64,000 bases of DNA from Macrostomum lignano (taxonomy: Eukaryota), in contig NIVC01000593.1 of NCBI GenBank assembly GCA_002269645.1, forward strand, positions 57,454 to 121,453, given 5' to 3'. Both the position numbers and the translations under genes were made by a program. Below the pieces are notes generated by a model. It saw only the letters and a program-made list of their open reading frames with translations. It did no database searches and was not told the DNA's origin. Of this stretch, positions 8,629 through 25,317 are shown piece after piece (position 1 is the first letter of the stretch; the number at the start of each line of letters is the position of its first letter).

Positions 8629-9618
8629 ATGAGTTTTTACGTTTTTTTGCCGTCAAACGATATCAGTTACGAAACCAACTCGCCTAATGAATTTCGAGTG
8701 CGACTAACTGAACCAATAAATTTATTGAACGGATTCTTCGAGGTTGCACTAGTTGAATTACTGTGCCATGGAGCAATTACGACGCCAAATGCTCATCGTG
8801 AGCGTCGATTTGAAGTTCCATATTTTGCGGACATTGACTCAATAATACGATTAAAGAAAAACTATTGGGGTCGTGTTTGGGCAGAGGCAGACTTGGATGC
8901 TTACGTTTCCTGGCAACCGTCTGGTACAGATGAAAAATTTGCCTGGCTTTTACGAAATTCAGGCGAAAAAACTATTGGATTAGAACTACCAGTTACATTT
9001 ATGGACGCTTTCAAATTTGACTCTTGGAAGAAACTTTCTGGACTTGTCTCGGAAAAATTATCAAAACCTGCCGCTGGTAGTGTACAACCACCGGATGGTT
9101 CATACTTGGATTTGATAAAAAGTCTCGACAATACTCTAGCGCTAGTACCTGAGAACTATTATGTTTTTTATTGTGTTCTATCGCCTGGTGAAGCTATACG
9201 ACTTGTTTCGCATGGAGACTATCTTCGAAAAACGGAAGGAGAAGTGTACATCAAAGTACACCAATATTGGTTGAGAAATCGTGTTTGGCGCATTAACAAA
9301 ACCTACTTGGATGCTGTGCTACCTTCTCCGATGCCTAGTAAAACGGTTTACATGTACTGTTACACAGATATAATCGAGTATCAAGCAGTGGGAAGTACAT
9401 CAGTACCGTTGCTTCGAGTTGTGGAACTCCAACAAAAGAAAAACGGAGAACTTATACGCGATAGCAGTGCATTGCAAACACCCTACTACTTGAAAACAAA
9501 TCGACAACAAATTCACGAGATTTCGATTCGACTATCGGACCAGCGCGGAAAACCGTTTAATTTTGATCCGGGAGCACACGTTGTTGTCGTACTGCATTTT
9601 AAACATAGGTCGGACTAA
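8629..9618 (+). CDS. Minor capsid protein (penton, single jelly roll)
   Basis: N-terminal FYVFLPSN...NEFRVRL..PINL...FEVALVEL and C-terminal YCYTDIIEYQAVG....PLLRVV...ISIRLSD..G.PF...VVLHFKH. Confidence 0.9.
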   Translation: MSFYVFLPSNDISYETNSPNEFRVRLTEPINLLNGFFEVALVELLCHGAITTPNAHRERRFEVPYFADIDSIIRLKKNYWGRVWAEADLDAYVSWQPSGTDEKFAWLLRNSGEKTIGLELPVTFMDAFKFDSWKKLSGLVSEKLSKPAAGSVQPPDGSYLDLIKSLDNTLALVPENYYVFYCVLSPGEAIRLVSHGDYLRKTEGEVYIKVHQYWLRNRVWRINKTYLDAVLPSPMPSKTVYMYCYTDIIEYQAVGSTSVPLLRVVELQQKKNGELIRDSSALQTPYYLKTNRQQIHEISIRLSDQRGKPFNFDPGAHVVVVLHFKHRSD

Positions 9619-9674
9619 TTTATAAGCAAAGATTAATTGTGTAATAGAAAATTTTGTGAATTTGTTTTGTAAGA

Positions 9675-10103
9675 ATGAGCGAACTAACAGAAAAAGGAAA
9701 ACAAAATGCTCGCTCATTGTGTCAGTGTGCTTTTTTACTACAAATTGTTTATCGGCTAAAGCATCCAAAGCAGAGAAAAAGTTTTTTACAAACACTTTCA
9801 GAGTCGGAGATACGATGTCTAGTAGACTTTCTGTTTAATATTATTAGTGGACGTATTAAAATTAGTAACTGTAACAAAAGACGACTTGAGAAGCATCGCA
9901 GATATATACGCCAGCTTTTGGAACAGAAGACTCCAATTACTGCAAAAAGGAAAATACTTGTCCAACACGGAGGATTTTTACCTTTTTTGGCTCCAATTAT
10001 TGCCGCTCTACCTGCTATAAGCACTGCGCTTGGGATAACGTCTGGAGTAGTTGGTACCGCCGCGGGAGCAGCGAATTTAATACGATCAATTCAACGAAAG
10101 TAG
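9675..10103 (+). CDS. Conserved Polinton core protein with adenovirus pX-like C-terminus
   Basis: Basic helical region followed by QHGG|FLPFLAPIIAAL, resembling the GG|(F/I)LPxLIPxIAAA segment of adenovirus pX. Confidence 0.75.
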   Translation: MSELTEKGKQNARSLCQCAFLLQIVYRLKHPKQRKSFLQTLSESEIRCLVDFLFNIISGRIKISNCNKRRLEKHRRYIRQLLEQKTPITAKRKILVQHGGFLPFLAPIIAALPAISTALGITSGVVGTAAGAANLIRSIQRK

Positions 10104-10113
10104 TAGGAATATA

Positions 10114-10803
10114 ATGCGAACTAACGAGAGTAGTAGTTTTCAACGAATGTATCTAGTACCTGAATCTGTGTATCAATCTGCATGTCAAGGTGCAGAGCAA
10201 GGATCGTCACCAACTGCTGAGACACCTCGAAAAACTGAAGTTTTAGACGCACCGCAAGATGCTCTGGCAAAAAATATGGTGGAAATGAGAGACCAAATGG
10301 ATAACTTGGACAAGGAAATGGAAAAGGAGCCAAATTACACAGCTCAATTGAAACGAAGCAGATTGGAAGACAAACTTTTAAAATTGCGCAAAGTCTATCG
10401 CACTGGAGACGAGGACAATCTGTCACTTGTTCGCAAAGGGACTACTGTAAGAAGTTCATATGCCAGCGAATCAAGGGAAATTCCTAAAGTTTTTTTACCA
10501 CGTTTCGAAGCTCTCGCTCAAAACCTATTTTCGGACATGGACAAGAATGCAGAACCAATGCTGGCTAATTTGACTGATGCCGAGATACAAGATCTCATGG
10601 AATATGTTGTTCGAGACAGACCGCTTAAGCGACACGAGACTCAACCGCCTAGTGGACTAAAAACATTTTTAGACTTTCTTCGAAAACGTGGAATCGCAGC
10701 AAACCAAATCGGGCGTCATGTACGAAACGAGCTAATGTCTGCTCCAAAAACTGTTGCAAAGGAGGATCTTAGTCTGTTTGAAAATTATCAAACACTGAAT
10801 TAA
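10114..10803 (+). CDS. Conserved Polinton hypothetical protein, 229 aa
   Basis: RMYLVP near the N-terminus and DLMEYVVR...PPSGLKTFLDFL....IAANQIG near the C-terminus match the pattern of a recurrent Maverick ORF. Confidence 0.7.
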   Translation: MRTNESSSFQRMYLVPESVYQSACQGAEQGSSPTAETPRKTEVLDAPQDALAKNMVEMRDQMDNLDKEMEKEPNYTAQLKRSRLEDKLLKLRKVYRTGDEDNLSLVRKGTTVRSSYASESREIPKVFLPRFEALAQNLFSDMDKNAEPMLANLTDAEIQDLMEYVVRDRPLKRHETQPPSGLKTFLDFLRKRGIAANQIGRHVRNELMSAPKTVAKEDLSLFENYQTLN

Positions 10804-10915
10804 GTTGTTTTAAAATTACAGATTACGTTTTAACAAAATTGATTCGAGCACTATAAGCTTTTTAAAAAGGTTAATTTTTTGTTTATGAAAAATATATAGT
10901 TTAATAAGACAAACC

Positions 10916-11104
10916 ATGTCATCTATCTTCCAAAAACTTTTGATTCGTCTCTGTGAGTTTTTTTGCATAAAATCTGAATGTGTGCCGTTTCTGGGAAAGG
11001 AGCACAACGAGGATACTGACGGAGATTCGATCGAGGCTTCGTTCTTTTGTTGCAACTGTCAAACGACTAGCATCAATCTAACTGATGATGAAGCGAGTGC
11101 GTAA
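10916..11104 (+). CDS. Small Cys-rich hypothetical ORF (62 aa) overlapping the integrase start
   Basis: Good ATG context (ACCATGT), preceded by TATAAGC at 10852; fills the gap before the integrase. Confidence 0.35.
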   Translation: MSSIFQKLLIRLCEFFCIKSECVPFLGKEHNEDTDGDSIEASFFCCNCQTTSINLTDDEASA

Positions 11105-12245
11105 GGAAATTGAAGAATTTTTGACGGATGCTTTTTTTAACTTGAACAGGCCTACTTCATTTAGTGGTAACAAGACTATACTTGTTCGTGAAGTACGTAA
11201 AAAGTTTCCACAGATTACGAACAAAGTTGCAAAGCGCGAAGTTGATAATTGGGTGCGATCAACAAATGAGCATCATTTATTTCGAAAAACACGACGAAAC
11301 TTTCCAACTCCAAAAATTAGTGTGCCACCAGTTGCAAAGTTTCAGTTTCAAATCGATTTGGCAGATTTACCTCAATACAAGACGGAAAATCGAGGTTATC
11401 GTTACATACTTGTTCTTATCGACTGTTTTACTAGAGTTGTACGACTAAGACCATTGCGTACAAAGAAGCCTTCAGAAGTTAGTCAAGTATTACTAGAGAT
11501 TTTTCGAAGTGGTTTTAAGCCTGTTTATTTACAAGGTGATGCTGGTATGGAGTTTCTCGGAAGAGCTACACGTCAAATGCTGAAACAGGAAGGAGTTCGA
11601 TTTTTTGTTAGCCAAAGCAATTACAAGGCAAGCATGGCTGAACGATTTATCCGCTCGTTAAAGGAACGTCTATTACGATACTTTCGAGCAAAAAATTTAC
11701 CTCGATGGTTTGACATTTTACCGCAATTGGAAGATAATTTCAACTCTAGTCCTCATCGATCCTTGAGTGGAGAAACACCAAAACGGGTAGAGACAGACCC
11801 GCATTTACAAGGAATTTTGTGGGACAAAATGTTTGCGAAGTCGTACACTAAAAAGAATGAGAATAAATTTAAAGTTGGTGATTGGGTTAGAATTACACGA
11901 CGTCGAGGAACATTTGAAAAAGGATACACTACGACTTGGAGTAATTCAAAATATCGCATTCATCGTGTACACTTGACAGACCCGCCAATGTACGAATTAG
12001 TGGACCCTGAAGATGGATTTGAAGTGCTGAAAGGAAGGTTTAACCAAGCGGAACTAATGTTGGTAAACGAGACAGATGAAACACCTAATGAAATTGAAAA
12101 AGTTATTGAAACTGATCGAGCGAAAAATGGAAGTCGTCTGTATCTAGTAAAATGGAAAGGTATGCCAATCTCAAGAAGTCAGTGGTTAAACGAAAATGAT
12201 CTTGACGCAAAGACTGCTAAACTATTTTCTAAAGTGTATAAGTAA
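11085..12245 (+). CDS. Retroviral-like (rve) integrase with C-terminal chromodomain
   Basis: Intact D-D-E triad (QIDL, QGDAG, AERF), YILVLIDCFTR, FKVGDWVRI SH3-like region, and C-terminal EIEKVI...YLVKWKG...QW chromodomain. Confidence 0.97.
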   Translation: MMKRVRKEIEEFLTDAFFNLNRPTSFSGNKTILVREVRKKFPQITNKVAKREVDNWVRSTNEHHLFRKTRRNFPTPKISVPPVAKFQFQIDLADLPQYKTENRGYRYILVLIDCFTRVVRLRPLRTKKPSEVSQVLLEIFRSGFKPVYLQGDAGMEFLGRATRQMLKQEGVRFFVSQSNYKASMAERFIRSLKERLLRYFRAKNLPRWFDILPQLEDNFNSSPHRSLSGETPKRVETDPHLQGILWDKMFAKSYTKKNENKFKVGDWVRITRRRGTFEKGYTTTWSNSKYRIHRVHLTDPPMYELVDPEDGFEVLKGRFNQAELMLVNETDETPNEIEKVIETDRAKNGSRLYLVKWKGMPISRSQWLNENDLDAKTAKLFSKVYK

Positions 12246-12286
12246 CACATGAATTGGGATTGCATGACGAAGAGAAGACTGTTGAA

Positions 12287-12745
12287 ATGGATCCTATTTT
12301 TGCTTTTTATTCTGGTCCGAATAGATCTGCTGAAGGTGGAGGTGGATATGGCATTCCTGTTTACGAAGGTTACGGTTTTTTGTCAAATTTGGCGGACAGA
12401 TTGGTGTATCCTGTACTACGCAACGCAAAGAAAGATTTCTTGGATCGTGGTCTGGAGTATTTGAAAAGTGCGACAGCAAAAATTGGTATGGGTCGGAAGC
12501 GTCACTTGGACACAGAATCGAGCGAAGAGATGTTTAATACAACTGCAGTTTCGAGACCAAAGCGAAGGAAAAGAACCAGTGGAGTGGCTATAAGCTTAGG
12601 AAAGAAGAAACGGCAAAAGAAACGACGAACAAGACAGTGTGGAAAGGGACGCGTGAACAAAAGAAAACGCAAGAAGACCGGTGGTATAGGAAAACGTCGA
12701 ACTGCTACTGCAAGCAAGAAACTTTTTAGTCTGTTTGAAAAGTAG
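12287..12745 (+). CDS. Basic virion core protein (pVI/pVII-like)
   Basis: GxG motifs (GGGYG|IPVYEGYG|FLSNL), an amphipathic helix FLSNLADRLVYPVLRNAKK, and an Arg/Lys-rich C-terminus; lies directly upstream of the MCP. The start is probably MDPIF at 12287. Confidence 0.75.
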   Translation: MDPIFAFYSGPNRSAEGGGGYGIPVYEGYGFLSNLADRLVYPVLRNAKKDFLDRGLEYLKSATAKIGMGRKRHLDTESSEEMFNTTAVSRPKRRKRTSGVAISLGKKKRQKKRRTRQCGKGRVNKRKRKKTGGIGKRRTATASKKLFSLFEK

Positions 12746-12746
12746 C

Positions 12747-14069
12747 ATGAACCATTTGCTTGGACCTGATATTGCTGCTCTTAAAAGTGAATTGTCGCTA
12801 TTTGATCAAAGTCCTGTTCAGTTTAGTGTTTTGGATAATCGATATACTAACATTCAACCGCAACATGGTATTACAAAAGGATCACCTATCGAATTTGAAG
12901 TTGTGCCTGCAGGCGATTTGTATTTGGATCTACAAGAAACTGTGCTCACGGTATGCTTCAGCGTTAGTGATAGTGAAGGTGAACCTATAGATGCAACGAA
13001 AAATTTTGTTTGTTTGAATAATTTGGTTATTGGAACATTGTTTGAGGACGTTCAATTTACTATTGGCGATACTGTAGTTGAAGGTGGTAGTTTTATGTAT
13101 CCATACAAGGCAATGCTTCTTACATTACTGGAATATGGACATACAGCTCAGAAGGCTGGTTTACTGCCGTGGGGGTTTTACAAGGATACAGCTGGTAAAA
13201 TGAATGCAACAAGTGAAAACGATGGACGAACAAAGAGGCAGGCGCTCATTGCTAACAATAGGCGGTGCACTGTATCGGGGCCGTTATTCTTGGATTTGTT
13301 TCGTCAGCCTCGGTATCTACTATCAAAGACACCACTACGGATCAAGCTCATACCGGCAAAAAGTAAATTTGTCCTGAGCGGGTCAACATTAGAAGCTGGT
13401 GCGGTTTTAAAAGACTATGAGATCAAGTTTTTGCGTGCAGAACTACGATTGCGGTTTGTTCAACCCTCGCCGAGTGTTATCAGTGCACATGCTCATGGAC
13501 TTAAAAGTCACAATGCATTATATCCGCACCGAAGTCTAAGCCTTGGTACGTTTACTATACCCCGAGGATCGTCTAGCCATACGCATGAAAATTTGTTTCC
13601 TAGTGGGGTACCACGGCTTTTATTGATGGCAATCGTAAGCAACAAGGCATTCAATGGAAGCATGGACACAAATCCGTTCAACTTTGAGCATGCAAATGTG
13701 AGCAGCATTGGTGTGTTTGTGAATGGAGACTCGGTACCATCGCGTCCGCTGCAGACAAACTTTGGAGATGATTGTGTGACAGAGTATAATTTTTTGCTAC
13801 AACAGCTTGGAATCTATCTACAGGGACGAGATATTGGATTTAATATGCTGGATTACGCCAATGGTTACTCAATTTTTGCATTCAGTCTTGGAAGTGAACC
13901 TGGTGTCGGACGGGGAGTGCAACTGTATAAGGAAGGAAATGTAAAACTAGAGTTACGCTTCAATGCTGCAACTAGTACCGTGTACAACGTCATATTTGGA
14001 GGTATATTTGACAAGCAACTGCAACTGACTGAACTTCGCGACATTGTTCCTGGCACAGTATGGAAGTAA
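12747..14069 (+). CDS. Major capsid protein (double jelly roll)
   Basis: KSELSLFDQSPVQFSV...SPIEFEV....LYLDLQET, NLVIGTLFEDVQ, YPYKA, WGFYKD, LFRQPRYL, FNFEH, GYSIFAF: typical Maverick MCP motifs; ORF is intact. Confidence 0.95.
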   Translation: MNHLLGPDIAALKSELSLFDQSPVQFSVLDNRYTNIQPQHGITKGSPIEFEVVPAGDLYLDLQETVLTVCFSVSDSEGEPIDATKNFVCLNNLVIGTLFEDVQFTIGDTVVEGGSFMYPYKAMLLTLLEYGHTAQKAGLLPWGFYKDTAGKMNATSENDGRTKRQALIANNRRCTVSGPLFLDLFRQPRYLLSKTPLRIKLIPAKSKFVLSGSTLEAGAVLKDYEIKFLRAELRLRFVQPSPSVISAHAHGLKSHNALYPHRSLSLGTFTIPRGSSSHTHENLFPSGVPRLLLMAIVSNKAFNGSMDTNPFNFEHANVSSIGVFVNGDSVPSRPLQTNFGDDCVTEYNFLLQQLGIYLQGRDIGFNMLDYANGYSIFAFSLGSEPGVGRGVQLYKEGNVKLELRFNAATSTVYNVIFGGIFDKQLQLTELRDIVPGTVWK

Positions 14070-14623
14070 TTGATTCTATCCTAGATCGTGGTGTAACAGA
14101 TCGCTTCCTTCGCAATGTTGTATCGAAATTGTGCGCACATTTTTTAAATGTTGTATTTCTTGGTGTTTTTCCTCAAAACTTTGTTGGTGGACTTAGACGC
14201 TTACCTTTAGACGGTAAAGACTATTTTTTTATCGTTAATACTGACGTCTCCAACCTGCCCGGAAAACATTGGGTATGCGTTTGGGTTTATGGTCATCGAG
14301 CAGGTCGCGGTAGCAAACGACTTGGTGAATATTTTGATTCTCTTGGTCTAGTACCATTGCCAAGAATAGCAAAATGGCTAGGAAAAGAATGTGGAAATTC
14401 GAAAAATTGGTGTTATAGTCGCTTTGCTATCCAAGACCCACAGAGTGGAAGTTGTGGATTTTGGGTAATTTTTTATATTTTTCATAAGTTGACTACCAGA
14501 GGAAACCTAGAGTGTTTTATTCGAAGCGTTTTTAAACGAAATATAATTCGCACTGGTTCGTTTCGATACTTGTATGCTAAATTACGCAATTTTGTTTTAC
14601 GAGTGCTGCCTCAATATTTGTAA
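14060..14623 (+). CDS. Adenain-like cysteine maturation protease
   Basis: IVNTD...PGKHW (His), EYFDSLG (Asp), IQDPQSGSCG (Gln, Cys). Confidence 0.95.
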   Translation: MEVIDSILDRGVTDRFLRNVVSKLCAHFLNVVFLGVFPQNFVGGLRRLPLDGKDYFFIVNTDVSNLPGKHWVCVWVYGHRAGRGSKRLGEYFDSLGLVPLPRIAKWLGKECGNSKNWCYSRFAIQDPQSGSCGFWVIFYIFHKLTTRGNLECFIRSVFKRNIIRTGSFRYLYAKLRNFVLRVLPQYL

Positions 14624-14840
14624 ACTCGCTAATTTGTGCGTCAAATTGTGTTTGTATCTAGTTGAAATATACAATACTGCTTGAAAAGAAGAATTTAAAT
14701 GCGTTAAGTTATACGCGAAATAAGCTTTGTGTCAAATTGAATTTTGGTTGGGCTTGTAATTAGCTGCATTCATTGCGGATAGAATTTAGGTGGATAGACA
14801 GGTGTTTGCGTAAAAATGATTCAGCTAATTGGTTAATTCA

Positions 14841-14961
14841 TTGCGTAAAAGCTAGTTTGCGTGCACGGCAAATTTCAGACTCTGCCATTTTTTTGGGCCT
14901 GTACTTACTATGTATTTCGCCATAAGGAAATCGGCTTTGTGTCAAAAAAACGTATACTACT
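14841..14961 (-). repeat. Right terminal inverted repeat
   Basis: Mirror of the left TIR, with only one copy of the 23-bp subrepeat. Ends in ACTACT, matching the AGTAGT...ACTACT termini typical of Polintons. Candidate 6-bp TSD CTTATA at 14962-14967. Confidence 0.95.
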
Positions 14962-15257
14962 CTTATAACGGCCACAAGATAATAGAAACTATTGCAAATG
15001 TCTAGTTTTGATTGAATAGCTTAAATTTTTTTAGGTCTCTGGTCGGTTGAGAAATTTGATAATCAAGCCACGTCAACCTGCGTTGAAGCCCTCGATTTTG
15101 AATTCAATATCAAACCATTATTAGTGTCTATCATGAGATTTTTAATATCCGCAATGCCATAAATTAAGCCGCATTCATTGAGTTGACGAAAACTTAATTT
15201 AGGATTTTATTGCTGTACAAGCCCGTTTGCATGGCTCCGTAATATGCTTAAATTCAT

Positions 15258-15665
<408 letters not shown>

Positions 15666-16168
15666 GCCCTATCCAGCCGTCTCAGAATTACTCCTGAGGA
15701 AAACCGTTACTGCATCCAATTGTAACGGCGTTGCTACCCCAGACCAAACTTCTTTTAGAGAAGCAGAAGAAGAGAGCATGCGAAATGAAATAGTAGAGCT
15801 TGGAGAAGAGAAGAAGAGAAGCAACTCAGGCATGCAGCAGAGCAGATCAGAGCTTGCCAACTGTCACTGATTGAGAGCCCCAGGCAGAGTGTAGAGAGCC
15901 GGTCACAGCGCGGCCGCACAGTGGGTAAGCGGCCCGCGCGGTCGCCATCGCCCACCCCCTTCTGTGGAGACGAAAAGATGAAAAGAAAGAAGTGGCAGGT
16001 TTTGGAAATGAAAAGGCTAAAATATACTTTAAATGTGTATATATAATGCTGGGGCAGGGTTGCCAGCCCCAGTTAATTCTAAGGTTCGCTGCGTTCAGTC
16101 CATCATCAAGCAGAGAGCAATAGTTTAATTTTGAAAACTGTTTCTAAGAAATCCTCGAAGTTGTCAGA

Positions 16169-23264
<7,096 letters not shown>

Positions 23265-23289
23265 AGCCTGCATGAGCCTCACTAAAAGT

Positions 23290-24660
23290 TTGTCTCTTGA
23301 GTCTGCCTCTCCGCTCCCTCAGTCCTTGAGAATCTGCCTCTCCGCTCCCTCAGTCCTTGAGAATCTGCCTCTCCGCTCCCTCAGTCCTTGAGAATCTGCC
23401 TCTCCGCTTCCTCAGTCCTTGAGAATCTGCCTCTCGGCTTCCTCAGTCCTTGAGAATCTGCCTCTCGGCTTCCTCAGTCCTAGAGAATCTGCCTCTCGGC
23501 TTCCTCAGTCCTTGAGAATCTGCCTCTCGGCTTCCTCAGTCCTTGATAATCTGCCTCTCCGCTTCCTCAGTCCTTGAGAATCTGCCTCTCGGCTTCCTCA
23601 GTCCTTGAGAATCTGTCTCTCGGCTTCCTCAGTCCTTGAGAATCTGCCTCTCTGCTCCCTCAGTCCTAGAGAATCTGCCTCTCCGCTCCCTCAGTCCTTG
23701 AGATTCTGCCTCTCCGCTCCCTTAGTCCTTGAGAATCTGCCTCTCCACTCCCTTCAGAGTCCTTGAGAATCTGCCTCTCGGCTTCCTCAGTCCTTGAGAA
23801 TCTGTCTCTCTGCTCCCTCAGTCCTTGAGAATCTGCCTCTCTGCTGCCTCAGTGCTTGAGAATCTGCCTCTCGGCTTCCTCAGTCCTTAAGAATCTGCCT
23901 CTCCGCTTCCTCAGTCCTTGAGAATCTGCCTCTCCGCTTCCTCAGTCCTTGAGAATCTGCCTCTCGGCTTCCTCAGTCCTTGAGAATCTGCCTCTCCGCT
24001 TCCTCAGTCCTTGAGAATCTGCCTCTCCGCTTCCTCAGTCCTTGAGAATCTGCCTCTCTGCTTCCTCAGTCCTTGAGAATCTGCCTCTCCGCTTCCTCAG
24101 TCCTTGAGAATCTGCCTCTCGGCTTCCTCAGTCCTTGAGAATCTGCCTCTCGGCTTCCTCAGTCCTTGAGAATCTGTCTCTCTGCTCCCTTAGTCCTTGA
24201 GAATCTGCCTCTCCGCTTCCTCAGTACTTGAGAATCTGCCTCTCCGCTCCCTCAGTACTTGAGAATCTGCCTCTCCGCTCCCTCAGTCCTTAAGAATCTG
24301 CCTCTCCGCTTCCTCAGTCCTTGAGAATCTGCCTCTCTGCTCCCTCAGTCCTTGAGAATCTGCCTCTCCGCTCCCTCAGTACTTGAGAATCTGCCTCTCC
24401 GCTCCCTCAGTCCTTGAGAATCTGCCTCTCCGCTTCCTCAGTCCTTGAGAATCTGCCTCTCCACTCCCTTCCTTGAGAATCTGCCTCTCGGCTTCCTCAG
24501 TCCTAGAGAATCTGCCTCTCGGCTTCCTCAGTCCTTGAGATTCTGCCTCTCTGCTTCCTTCAGAGTCCTAGAGAATCTGCCTCTCGGCTTCCTCAGTCCT
24601 TGAGATTCTGCCTCTCTGCTTCCTTCAGAGTCCTTGAGAATCTGCCTCTCGGCTTCCTCA
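23290..24660. repeat. 31-bp minisatellite
   Basis: Unit TCTGCCTCTCCGCTTCCTCAGTCCTTGAGAA. Confidence 0.95.
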
Positions 24661-25317
24661 TAAGACCTTTAAACACAGGTATGCAGATAAAAAACTTTGC
24701 ACCACAATATTTTTAATCATTTATCATTCCCAGTTTTGTTCTGCTTCATTTTTGTAGCTTTTATGTGTTATGTGTAGATAAACAGCTGTTATAAAAATGT
24801 ATTATTTCTATTTCAATTTAATTCCTACTCCTAAAAAGAATGCGGAGTAGAATGGATTGCTAGTCCAATCCAGAAGACTTCAAAGGCATTGTTTCATTAA
24901 ACACTCAGCATTAACTCAATGTGCCCCGGGAGAGCTCCGCCAGAGAACTGGCCCAATGGGAAGATTTTCCAATTGAAGTGAGCTTGGCTGGCTGTCGGAG
25001 CAACAGAAAGAGAGAAAAAGCTAGAGGCACCTGCAATTGTGTATACTAGCTGCATTGTGAAGCACGCTGGGTGTTCAGGGCACTGCATGGGGGAAGGCTG
25101 ACTTTGATCGACTGACTCAAAACTTTTTTAGTAAACCGGCATTAATAGAGACGAAGAGAAGAGCGAGAGGAAGAGAAACAACTGACAAAATGGCTGACTT
25201 GACCTGGGGAGGGGTAATTAAAGCATAAGCAGTCGCTAGTTGTTATAAGACCTAGTGAATGGGGTTTGGCCATAGACAAATTTGGTAGCAAAAATTCCAA
25301 TTTCTCAAGAGCATATT

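Larger units (their letters stand above)
1..14961 (+). mobile_element. Maverick/Polinton (adintovirus-like) endogenous virus; left terminus lies about 21 bp outside the window
   Basis: Terminal inverted repeats, right end ...ATACTACT (14954-14961), and the hallmark gene set: rve integrase, A32-like ATPase, double-jelly-roll MCP, penton, adenain-like protease, pPolB N-terminal fragment. Confidence 0.97.
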
